From IMG/VR virus record IMGVR_UViG_3300009506_000084, positions 195 to 64,194 of that record: DNA of 64,000 nt. One strand, written 5' to 3'. How positions within the stretch are numbered: position 1 is the first letter of the stretch; each line of letters starts with the position of its first letter. This DNA is from a virus. Taxonomy: Duplodnaviria > Caudoviricetes. The notes under the pieces were generated by a model, which had not been told where the DNA came from, ran no database searches, and saw only the letters and a list, made by a program, of their open reading frames with translations. This document shows positions 37,696 to 45,845 of this stretch, piece after piece. The translations under genes and the position numbers were made by a program.

Positions 37696-38430
37696 ATGGA
37701 ATATATCGTGGTAGGCACCCATGAATACGAATGGGCGACGGCCGTTTTTGCCCGCCTGTTCAACAAGTATTGGAATTCAGTGACCCCGGTCACCTACTGG
37801 TGCGACCGGGAACCCAAGGTCAGGCTGCCCGACAACTTCACGGCCCGCCAGGTCCCGGCCTACAAAGAAGGCATCTGGCCGTGGAACAACTGGTTCAGCA
37901 ATGGATTGAAAAGCATCTTGGAGACGTTAAGGGAGCAGCATGTGGCCCTGTTTCTGCCCGACCACTGGCTTTCAGCGCCCGTGGACCTAATCGGCGTGGA
38001 GCAGATGCACCGCTACATGATGTTCAACGAAGACGTGCTGCGCGGCAACCTGACCGCCGGGACATGCCTGGATGGATATGGTATAATAGTCAAGTGGCTT
38101 GAGGGTCGCCGGGTTGTGCAGGTTTCCCCGACCGACGCTCATTGTGCGCTGTACGGGGGGCTGACCTTCTCCCCGGCCCTTTGGGACGTTCGGAAGCTGG
38201 CGTCCCACCTGGAATCAGGGTGGAACCTGTGGATGACGGAGAGGGTCGGGACGGAAAAGATGGCAAGAGAAGGGAAATGGCGCTCGGTCGGCATCCTACC
38301 TGCCCCACTTGAAAGGACACACGGGCTGAGCCAGCGAGAGCCGCGCACGGCCTTTTTGAACGGGTTGCAGCCAGAGGACCGAAGGATGGTCATAGACATG
38401 TTGCCAGAAGGATGGAACTATCGTGATTGA
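37696..38430 (+). CDS. GT-A-like glycosyltransferase
   Basis: LFNKYW, FSNGL, LFLPDHWL, PALW, WMTE. Confidence 0.55.
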   Translation: MEYIVVGTHEYEWATAVFARLFNKYWNSVTPVTYWCDREPKVRLPDNFTARQVPAYKEGIWPWNNWFSNGLKSILETLREQHVALFLPDHWLSAPVDLIGVEQMHRYMMFNEDVLRGNLTAGTCLDGYGIIVKWLEGRRVVQVSPTDAHCALYGGLTFSPALWDVRKLASHLESGWNLWMTERVGTEKMAREGKWRSVGILPAPLERTHGLSQREPRTAFLNGLQPEDRRMVIDMLPEGWNYRD

Positions 38431-40285
38431 CCTTTCGATTGTGACCGGAACCTACAATCGCATAGACCTGTTGCAGAAAATGGTTGCATCGGTAAGAAGC
38501 TCGGTCACACCCAGGGAGACGCCCATCGCCCGGTTTGAGGGGCTGACCTGGGAGATTATCATCGTAGACGGCGGCTCAACCGACGGCACCCAGGATTGGG
38601 TCAGGCAGCAACCGAACTGCCGCCTCATCGAGCATGGCAAGCTGCTCGGTGCGGTCAAGGCGTTCAACGACGGGGCCAGGGCTGCCGGCGGCACCTATGT
38701 GGTCCTGGGCAACGACGACGTGGAATTCCTGGACGACGCCCTGTGGCGGGCCTGGCTGTTCATGCAGACCTACCCGATTGTCGGTATGGGCTGTTTCTAC
38801 CAGGACCGCAGCAATCCGGGCAAGCCACCTGCCCCGTGGCACGTCGAGCAGATGCCAGCGGTGGCGGAGCAGGACGGCCAGTATCGCCCGGTCCACGTCG
38901 CCTACGGCCAGGTGTGCATCGTTCCCCGCGAACTGGGCAACGCCCTTGGGTGGTGGGGCGACTATTTGCACACCTATGGGGGCGACAATGAACTGTCGTC
39001 CATGGTGTACGAGAGCGGGTACAAGGTGGTCCCGCTGTATTGGGGGCCAGACGTGTCCCCTCCCGTGCGCGGGGCAGACCCGCGCCACATCGCCAAAATC
39101 CACGACAACAAGCCAGATGACGCCCTCAGGAAATTGAACAACATTGACGGGGCCAGCGACCCGCGGGGCGTCGGCCCACGGGGGGCGCGGAGCCATCCTG
39201 ACTCTTTTGCCTGGGGGCGCAAGTGGACCCAGCGCTGGCGGTCCATGGGGCGGCGCGACCTGGGCGGGCCAGAGATTCGGCACCGGCCCCAAATTGCCCT
39301 TACCTTGCCGGAAGTCGAGCGGTTTTTGTACCTGCCCATCTACGAGCACGGATACCCGGTCCAGCAGCAGCAGAAGCGGGGATTGCGGGAAGCCCTGGGC
39401 CGCGCCGGGGTTGTGGCTGAGTATGATTATGTCACGCGCCACCGCAACGGGGCTGACCTATTTGCGGAATTGCGGGATATTTGCGGGTTGTTCGGGCCAA
39501 CCGTTGTCCTGACGCAGCTACACGGCCCGGACCCCATCGGCCCGGACCTCATCGGTCGGTTGCGCGGGGAAGCGTTGGGGGCCTGGTTCGTCAACTGGAA
39601 CGGCGACTTCTGGCCGCAGAACCTGCTGTCTGACGGCGGGGTGGCGCTGGCGCGGGCGGTTGACCTGCAACTGACGGTCAACCGGGAGGTCTTGGAGGAA
39701 TACGGCAAGCTGGGCGTCCAGGCCGGGTACTGGCAAATCGGGTGGGAGCCGGACGGGGTCGGCCACGAACCACGCCCGGAGGACCATTGCGACATTGTCT
39801 TTCTAGCGAACGGGTACAGCCGGGAACGGACCCGTTTTGTCGACCAACTGCGAAAGCTGCCGTACAACTTCCGGCTGTGGGGCAGCGGATGGCCTCAAAG
39901 CTATACGGTCGGCCATTGCACCTACGATTTTATCACTGCCTGTCGGGCGTACCGGGGGGCGCGATTCTCCATTGGGGACAGCCAGTGGCCGGACAGCGGG
40001 TTTGTCTCCAACCGGGTCATGCAAGCCCTGGTTGCAGGCGGGTCGGCGCTATGCCACCAGTGGTTCCGCGACATGGAACATTTGGGCCTCATCGACGGGG
40101 AAACCTGCATCGTGTGGCGCGACTTCGGGGAATTGAAGGACAAGCTGCATTACTACAGCCAGGATGAGGGCAAGCGGGCGCAGATTGCAAAGGCCGGGGA
40201 ACAACTGGCGTTGGAGCGCCACAGCTTCGACCAGCGGGTCCATGAGCTGATGACCATGAAACCGACGGCGGGAGATTGGCGATGA
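38423..40285 (+). CDS. Bifunctional glycosyltransferase: GT2 + CgeB-like GT-B
   Basis: LSIVTGTYNR, IIVDGGSTDGT, GNDD, YGGDNEL; then DIVFLAN, SNRVMQAL, ERHSF. Confidence 0.85.
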   Translation: MIDLSIVTGTYNRIDLLQKMVASVRSSVTPRETPIARFEGLTWEIIIVDGGSTDGTQDWVRQQPNCRLIEHGKLLGAVKAFNDGARAAGGTYVVLGNDDVEFLDDALWRAWLFMQTYPIVGMGCFYQDRSNPGKPPAPWHVEQMPAVAEQDGQYRPVHVAYGQVCIVPRELGNALGWWGDYLHTYGGDNELSSMVYESGYKVVPLYWGPDVSPPVRGADPRHIAKIHDNKPDDALRKLNNIDGASDPRGVGPRGARSHPDSFAWGRKWTQRWRSMGRRDLGGPEIRHRPQIALTLPEVERFLYLPIYEHGYPVQQQQKRGLREALGRAGVVAEYDYVTRHRNGADLFAELRDICGLFGPTVVLTQLHGPDPIGPDLIGRLRGEALGAWFVNWNGDFWPQNLLSDGGVALARAVDLQLTVNREVLEEYGKLGVQAGYWQIGWEPDGVGHEPRPEDHCDIVFLANGYSRERTRFVDQLRKLPYNFRLWGSGWPQSYTVGHCTYDFITACRAYRGARFSIGDSQWPDSGFVSNRVMQALVAGGSALCHQWFRDMEHLGLIDGETCIVWRDFGELKDKLHYYSQDEGKRAQIAKAGEQLALERHSFDQRVHELMTMKPTAGDWR

Positions 40286-40527
40286 CCTTGTGTCGACAAC
40301 GCAACGCCGGGTCCAAATTGCACCAGGTCTATTGCGACCTTTGCGCCGAGATGTTTGAATGGCCCAAAGGGGAAAAGGTGTTTGGGTTCTGTGATACCTG
40401 CGGGCGTGCAACCTGGTGTACCGACGTGGTCCTTTCTGGATTGCCCTACGCAATCACGAAACCTTACGGGAGAACATTTGGTGATGAGCGGGAAAGACAA
40501 GCAGCAATGGCGGCTTACCAAATATAG
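40276..40527 (+). CDS. Small Cys-rich hypothetical protein
   Basis: CDLC..CDTC; operon packing. Confidence 0.4.
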   Translation: MAMTLCRQRNAGSKLHQVYCDLCAEMFEWPKGEKVFGFCDTCGRATWCTDVVLSGLPYAITKPYGRTFGDERERQAAMAAYQI

Positions 40528-41134
40528 CGCCAACCAACCGAGAATTCCCGCGGGCCAGACCGGGGGTGGTCGCTGGACCAGCAGCAGCTTGCGGATAGAG
40601 GAAATTAAAGACACTCATCGGGAAATAGCCGCATCCGAAATCGACCGGGAATGGGTTGGAACGCGGAAACAGGTAGGGGTCGCCGCAATGCGCCTGCTTG
40701 CAGGTAGACCCATCGCCCTGTATGATGGGGATGAACTGGTCGGCGCGGCCAACCTTGCCCACTCAACCAGCCCTGTCCGGGTTCAAAATTGGGACGGGCC
40801 GTGGGGCATGGAAGTTTACTGGCTGGCGACCAAGCGCAAGGGTTATGGCAAGCAAATTTTGGAGGCCGTCCGGCAAAAAGCGGCCAGTGAGGGAGAAACC
40901 ATCTGGCTTTCCTCCTACAAGGACGCCCGCCCATTCTATGATGCAATGGGCATGAAAAGGGTCGGGCCGGAAAGCAGTCGTTACTTTTATCCCAAAGAGG
41001 GGGAAAAGAAAAAGGACAAGATTGAAGTGTTGGAACCGGAAGAAGGGGTTTTTGCTGTCAAGGAAGATGAGTGGGAAACAGAAAAGGGGCAATTGGGGTG
41101 GAGCCTAACCAAAAAGGAGGGCAACACGACATGA
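40484..41134 (+). CDS. Tagged GNAT acetyltransferase (paralog of the portal C-terminal domain)
   Basis: Leader MSGKDKQQWRLTKYSANQPRIPAGQTGGGRWTS; WLATKRKGYGKQIL, ARPFYDAMGM, LEPEEGVF. Confidence 0.82.
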   Translation: MSGKDKQQWRLTKYSANQPRIPAGQTGGGRWTSSSLRIEEIKDTHREIAASEIDREWVGTRKQVGVAAMRLLAGRPIALYDGDELVGAANLAHSTSPVRVQNWDGPWGMEVYWLATKRKGYGKQILEAVRQKAASEGETIWLSSYKDARPFYDAMGMKRVGPESSRYFYPKEGEKKKDKIEVLEPEEGVFAVKEDEWETEKGQLGWSLTKKEGNTT

Positions 41135-42066
41135 CTGACTTCTGGACGGGCAAGAGGGTCGTCGTCACAGGCGGGACTGGGTTCCTGGGAGGCCACCTGT
41201 GCGCCAAACTGAAACGGCTCGGCGTCCGGGTCCATTGCGTCGGGGGGCAATCCTTCGACCTGTTGGACGAAGGCCAGGCATGGCACCTGTTTGAGGAAAT
41301 CAAGACTGACGTGGTCTTTCACCTTGCGGCAAACGTCGGCGGCATCGGTTACAACCAGGCACACCCGGCGACCTTGCTCCATCAGAACGCGATGATGGCC
41401 CTGAACGTCCTGTCGGCGCTGGCAATCATGTATGAAAATCGGGTCCGGGTTGTCCTGGTTGGCAGCACCTGCGCCTATCCGCGGGACTGTCCTGTGCCGT
41501 TCAAGGAAACAAGCCTGTTCGATGGCTACCCGGAAGGGACCAATGCACCCTACGGCATCGCCAAGCGCATGATGATGGTCTACGCCGATGCCCTGGGCAA
41601 GCAACACGGGTTGAATTGGACTTGCGCCATCCCGACCAATTTGTACGGGGAACGGGATTGTTTTGACCCCGACCGGTCGCATGTCATCCCGGCGCTGATG
41701 CGCAAGATGGCGGAGAACCCCACCGAAATCACGGTATGGGGGACCGGAAACGCGACCCGCGATTTCCTGTACGCCGGGGATTGCGCCGACGGCCTGTTGG
41801 CCCTGGCCGAAAGGGGCCAGGGCGTGGTCAATTTGGGGTCCGGGCGGGAGATTGCAATCAATCATCTGGTCCTAGACATTGCAGAGGCAATGGATTGGAG
41901 TGGGAGGATTCGTTGGGACGAAAGCAAGCCCGACGGCCAGCCCCGGCGCTTGCTCGACATCACCCGCGCCCGCGAATTGGGATGGTCCCCGAAGACCCCT
42001 CTGGCGGAAGGATTGCAGCGCACCGCCGACTGGTACAAGGACGTTCCAAAACTTTGGGAATTATGA
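41131..42066 (+). CDS. fcl: GDP-L-fucose synthase
   Basis: VTGGTGFLG, HLAANVGGIG, STCAYP, PYGIAK, PTNLYG, SHVIPAL, WGTGNATRDFLY, KPDGQPRR. Confidence 0.92.
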   Translation: MTDFWTGKRVVVTGGTGFLGGHLCAKLKRLGVRVHCVGGQSFDLLDEGQAWHLFEEIKTDVVFHLAANVGGIGYNQAHPATLLHQNAMMALNVLSALAIMYENRVRVVLVGSTCAYPRDCPVPFKETSLFDGYPEGTNAPYGIAKRMMMVYADALGKQHGLNWTCAIPTNLYGERDCFDPDRSHVIPALMRKMAENPTEITVWGTGNATRDFLYAGDCADGLLALAERGQGVVNLGSGREIAINHLVLDIAEAMDWSGRIRWDESKPDGQPRRLLDITRARELGWSPKTPLAEGLQRTADWYKDVPKLWEL

Positions 42067-42081
42067 GGGAGGTCATAGAAA

Positions 42082-43461
42082 ATGGAACCGTTGGTCAGCA
42101 TCATCACGCCCGCGTTGATTGACTCGCCAGAACGGGCAAAGTGGTTGGGCGAACTGACGACCAACCTCATCGACCAGACCATGGTCGAATGGGAGTGGAT
42201 TGTCATAGACGATGCCAGCCCCATGCCGCTGGACCTGCCGGGTGATTCGCGCATCCGAGTGATGCGCGCACCCAATCCGAGCGGGCCAGCGGGTTGTCGC
42301 AACACCGCCGCAGCCCTGGCCCGCGCCACCATCCTGCCCCTGGACGCCGACGACCTGCTGGCCGACAACGACACACTGGCCTTCCTGTATAGTGCCTGGA
42401 ACGACCACAAGCGCCGGTTCGTCTACGGGGACATCCAGGCCATCCTGGAAGACGGCCAGCGCAAAGACATCACGCCCTTGCCGCCCTACTCCATGAAGAA
42501 CTCGCTCAACACCCGGGGGACGGTCCCTGTGACGGCGATGCACGCCCGCGACGCGTGGCTGGCGGCAGGCGGGTGGAAACCGCAGTTGGAACATGGCCTG
42601 GAAGACGTGGAGTATTGGATTGCGATGGGCCGTGCCGGATGGTGCGGCCTCAAGCTCGACCGGGTGACCTTGCTTTACCGCAGGCACAGCGATTCCCGGT
42701 TCTACACCATGCGACGGAACGGCATGGAAACGTCTATGATTGCGCAGATTCGGTTGATGCATGAAGACTTGTATAAAGGAGAGATGCCAGTGGGATGCTG
42801 TGGGGGCAGTAGAAGCAGCAGGAGCGGGGCAGCGGCCAGCCGACCGCTGCCGGTACGGAACAAAATCATCGACTTGGAAGACAACCCGACCATCGGCGGG
42901 GGCAAGATATGGGTACGCTACGAGGGCAGTAGTGCGGGCGGGTTTGGGGTGATTGGCGACGTGACCAAGACCCCGTACCGCATCGAAGGGCAAGGGTGCA
43001 TCTTCGCGATATGGGCCGTGGACGCGCCCAAATTCCAGCGGTACGGGCGCGGCACGCACTTCACCGTGGGCGTACCCGCGCCCCAGGTGGCGGAGCCGGA
43101 ACCGGAACCGGAGCCGGAAGCGCCACCTGCGGACCCGCCGCAACTGGCGACCATCGAACGGATAGACGCCATCGGACAGCGCAAGTTCAGCCAGCCGGAG
43201 CCTGAAACACAACCAGAACCGCCGCCCGTGGTCGAAATGACCCCGCCGCCCTTGGTTGAGGGGGAGGGACCGAGCCTGGAAGACATGAACCCGGACATCC
43301 CCGGTTGGGACCGTCTTGCAGCCATGCTCGCCGCGGAGCAACAGACGGTCCAGGGCCTGTCGGTCATCGACCCTTACGACCTGATGCTATACCAGGGCAT
43401 CGGCCCGGCCTACGCGGAGCGCATCATCAAAGAGGCGCGGCGGCTGTGCCAACTGCCATAG
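42082..43461 (+). CDS. GT2 glycosyltransferase fused to a CCGG-containing domain, Pro/Glu linker and helix-hairpin-helix tail
   Basis: VSIITP, VIDDAS, PLDADD, LEDVEYW; then GCCGG, PEPEPEPE, YQGIGPAYAERII. Confidence 0.82.
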   Translation: MEPLVSIITPALIDSPERAKWLGELTTNLIDQTMVEWEWIVIDDASPMPLDLPGDSRIRVMRAPNPSGPAGCRNTAAALARATILPLDADDLLADNDTLAFLYSAWNDHKRRFVYGDIQAILEDGQRKDITPLPPYSMKNSLNTRGTVPVTAMHARDAWLAAGGWKPQLEHGLEDVEYWIAMGRAGWCGLKLDRVTLLYRRHSDSRFYTMRRNGMETSMIAQIRLMHEDLYKGEMPVGCCGGSRSSRSGAAASRPLPVRNKIIDLEDNPTIGGGKIWVRYEGSSAGGFGVIGDVTKTPYRIEGQGCIFAIWAVDAPKFQRYGRGTHFTVGVPAPQVAEPEPEPEPEAPPADPPQLATIERIDAIGQRKFSQPEPETQPEPPPVVEMTPPPLVEGEGPSLEDMNPDIPGWDRLAAMLAAEQQTVQGLSVIDPYDLMLYQGIGPAYAERIIKEARRLCQLP

Positions 43462-43766
43462 AGATAGGGCTTGCCACCTTTGCGCTGACTTGGTTCCTGT
43501 CGTTCTGGTATCGGACCGACGGCATCCGGGAGAGGCTCGGCGTCTATTTTGTCGACCAGGACGGCTACCAGGACCGCGTGGACGCCGGGGGGTTGGGCGG
43601 CTGGTTGAACTGCCCGCAGTGTTCGGCGTTGCTGGCCGCCCCGGTCGCCCTGGCGCTGTGGGCCTGGGTCCCGGTCGCCTTGCACGGGCTTGCGGCCCTT
43701 GGCGTGGCGTTGTTGCTGGTGCGCTGGTACGAGTCGGCCCGCATCCGGGCAGAATGGTGGCGGTGA
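43446..43766 (+). CDS. Membrane protein, DUF1360-like
   Basis: Hydrophobic helices with WLNCPQC. Confidence 0.55.
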   Translation: MPTAIEIGLATFALTWFLSFWYRTDGIRERLGVYFVDQDGYQDRVDAGGLGGWLNCPQCSALLAAPVALALWAWVPVALHGLAALGVALLLVRWYESARIRAEWWR

Positions 43767-43768
43767 AC

Positions 43769-43797
43769 TTGTCGGGGGACTGAGGTTATGATATAAT
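43769..43797 (+). promoter_or_regulatory. Sigma70-type promoter with extended -10
   Basis: TTGTCG, 17 nt spacer, TGaTATAAT. Confidence 0.6.
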
Positions 43798-43990
43798 GAC
43801 AAAGAGACAGCGAGACGTGGTTCAAGAGGCCGTGGCCGAACTGCTGGCCCTGGGTTCTTGCATCCGGGCAATGGCCCCATGCAAGGTGACGCTGAACATT
43901 CCACCGCCGGACGAAATCAACCAATCGGTGCTGGTGGAGATATACGCCAAGCTGAACCAGGACAAGATGGACAAGCTGAAAACAACGTAA
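43796..43990 (+). CDS. Small hypothetical protein (start uncertain; ATG overlaps the -10 box)
   Basis: Lies between promoter and terminator. Confidence 0.4.
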   Translation: MTKRQRDVVQEAVAELLALGSCIRAMAPCKVTLNIPPPDEINQSVLVEIYAKLNQDKMDKLKTT

Positions 43991-44016
43991 GCCTGATAGA
44001 CGTAGCCTAAGAAGGG

Positions 44017-44052
44017 AGCGTCATATCCTACGGGATATGACGCTTTTTCTTT
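44017..44052 (+). terminator. Intrinsic terminator upstream of the neck/tail operon
   Basis: AGCGTCATATCC-tacg-GGATATGACGCT perfect 12-bp stem followed by TTTTCTTT. Confidence 0.8.
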
Positions 44053-44069
44053 CGGAGAAGGACCGATTC

Positions 44070-45269
44070 ATGGGCCGTGCTGAAACGGTAACCAAGCTGC
44101 CCCTTGGGCGGTACGCACAAATCATGCACATGGACCTGTGCCACTTCAACCAGGTGAACGGGGCAAAGGCCCCGATGCGAACCGGCTGCGATGACATTTG
44201 GGACCAGCAGGCCCGCGAAGACCTGGCGTGGACCATGAAGATTGCCGAGACCATGATTGAGGATTTCTTAGACACCTATCTGGTCCCGACCCAGGTCACC
44301 GCAGAGGCGCAGCGCATGACGCGGACGCGCCCCGACTGGTGGAACGCGGAGTTTGGGGTCAAGCATCGGCACCTGGTTTCGTTCGGCACCGAGTCGTTCA
44401 CGCTGGTGCAGGCTGATGCGCCCGTGACCTATGAGGACCGCGACAACGACCCGCTGGGCCGGGAGGAAACGGCGGTCATCGGCACCCCGGCGGCGCTGTA
44501 CCAGTATCCCATTTCATCCTGTGATGAAATCTGCGACGTGCGGGTCTACTTTCGGGAGGAAGACGGGGCCTGGGACAGCCAGGACCCGCGGTGGGAGATA
44601 CGGCCGCTCAGGCCCGACATCGACGGCGATTACATGACCATCATCGGCCCGTCGTGCATGTTTGTCAGGCCGGAACTGTGGGAGATTGACGAGTGGGAGG
44701 CATACGGCAACCCGGACGAATGGATAATCAATTTCGACATCAACAACCTGGTCCACGCGGTCGATGTCTACTGCCGGAGCGTTAGCACCGCTACGCCCAT
44801 CACCCTGTACTGGGAAGGGGTCTGCGATTGCGGAAGCCCGTGCGCCCACACGACGCAGACCGCTTGCCCGTACATCACTGACCAGGACCGCGGCTTTTTC
44901 GCGCCCCGGCCCTCAACCTGGAACGGGACCAGCCACACATGGGCTGCACCGCTATACAACCAGGTGCCTGTGCGCATGACCTACAATTATATCGCGGGTT
45001 TTGCACTCGACCCGCGCACCTGCCGCATGGACAGCCGGTTGGAGCGGGCGGTGGTCAAGCTCACCAATGCCCTGCTGCCGGAACCGCCGTGCGGGTACTG
45101 TGACGCAGCGGAGACCCTTTGGAAACAGGACCGGGAGCCCATCGACCCGCTGACGCCGGATGCGGCCAACCTGCCGTGGGACCTGTATAGCAAAGGGGCG
45201 CTTGACGCCTGGAAGATTGTCCGGCTGCTCAAACTCGGCACCGGGGGCCACGTTCGGAGCGTGCGCTGA
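44070..45269 (+). CDS. Head-tail adaptor-like protein, Cys-rich
   Basis: AETMIEDFL, MTYNYIAG, LERAVVKL pattern; first gene of the neck module. Confidence 0.6.
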   Translation: MGRAETVTKLPLGRYAQIMHMDLCHFNQVNGAKAPMRTGCDDIWDQQAREDLAWTMKIAETMIEDFLDTYLVPTQVTAEAQRMTRTRPDWWNAEFGVKHRHLVSFGTESFTLVQADAPVTYEDRDNDPLGREETAVIGTPAALYQYPISSCDEICDVRVYFREEDGAWDSQDPRWEIRPLRPDIDGDYMTIIGPSCMFVRPELWEIDEWEAYGNPDEWIINFDINNLVHAVDVYCRSVSTATPITLYWEGVCDCGSPCAHTTQTACPYITDQDRGFFAPRPSTWNGTSHTWAAPLYNQVPVRMTYNYIAGFALDPRTCRMDSRLERAVVKLTNALLPEPPCGYCDAAETLWKQDREPIDPLTPDAANLPWDLYSKGALDAWKIVRLLKLGTGGHVRSVR

Positions 45270-45829
45270 TGGCAAAGGCATTCATACGGTCCATCATTTC
45301 GGAGAAAAGGCAGCGGGGCCTGGGCGACCTTGCCAGCGACGTGCGCAAGGAAGTGGAAAGCACCCTGGACCGGAAAATCAAGCCGCTCCTGGTCAAGAAA
45401 CACGAAGAAGTGGTCGTGGAATGGGAGTCGGACGTCGGGTTCGCGGCCAAGAAGGTCATCACGACCAAGAGCATTACCATCTACGTCTACCCGACCGGGA
45501 AAGACAAGATGGTGTGGATATACGTCAACTACGGGACCAAGCCGCACGACATCACGCCCAGGCCCGAAAACAAGTCTGGGCGGCTGGCGTTCATGTGGGG
45601 CGGGCCTGGCAGCTACGTGCCCAAGACGGTAGCCAATCCGCCGCGGGTCGTCTACGGCGGCGGGTACGTGAAGAACCCGACGTTGCGCAGGCCGAGAATC
45701 GTTCACCATCCGGGGATAGAGGAACCCCGGTTGTTCACCGAGCAGATAGCGAAAGAGGTACTACCGGAATTCAGGCAAGAGACACATAATGCTTTCCGGC
45801 GGGCACTCCGCCGGAAACCAAGAAAATGA
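45269..45829 (+). CDS. HK97 gp10-like neck/tail completion protein
   Basis: Basic; YVNYGTKPHDI, LAF.W, VHHPG motifs. Confidence 0.65.
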   Translation: MAKAFIRSIISEKRQRGLGDLASDVRKEVESTLDRKIKPLLVKKHEEVVVEWESDVGFAAKKVITTKSITIYVYPTGKDKMVWIYVNYGTKPHDITPRPENKSGRLAFMWGGPGSYVPKTVANPPRVVYGGGYVKNPTLRRPRIVHHPGIEEPRLFTEQIAKEVLPEFRQETHNAFRRALRRKPRK

Positions 45830-45845
45830 ACAGGAGAGATATGCG

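Larger units (their letters stand above)
4098..40582 (+). repeat. Dispersed protein-level repeat (leader + NQPRxPAG tag), 8 copies plus 1 variant
   Basis: Copies at about 4098-4184, 4855-4974, 5416-5508, 19779-19883, 27687-27797, 34097-34186, 35155-35250, 40484-40582; variant at 22297-22410. Confidence 0.92.

Noticed and set aside
38079-38087. TGgTATAAT extended -10 inside the CDS at 37696
   Set aside because: Within coding sequence with a poor -35; cannot be supported
4098-40582. Tag copies as a DNA repeat, CRISPR array or IS ends
   Set aside because: Irregular spacing, synonymous divergence, no terminal inverted repeats or transposase; conservation is at the peptide level
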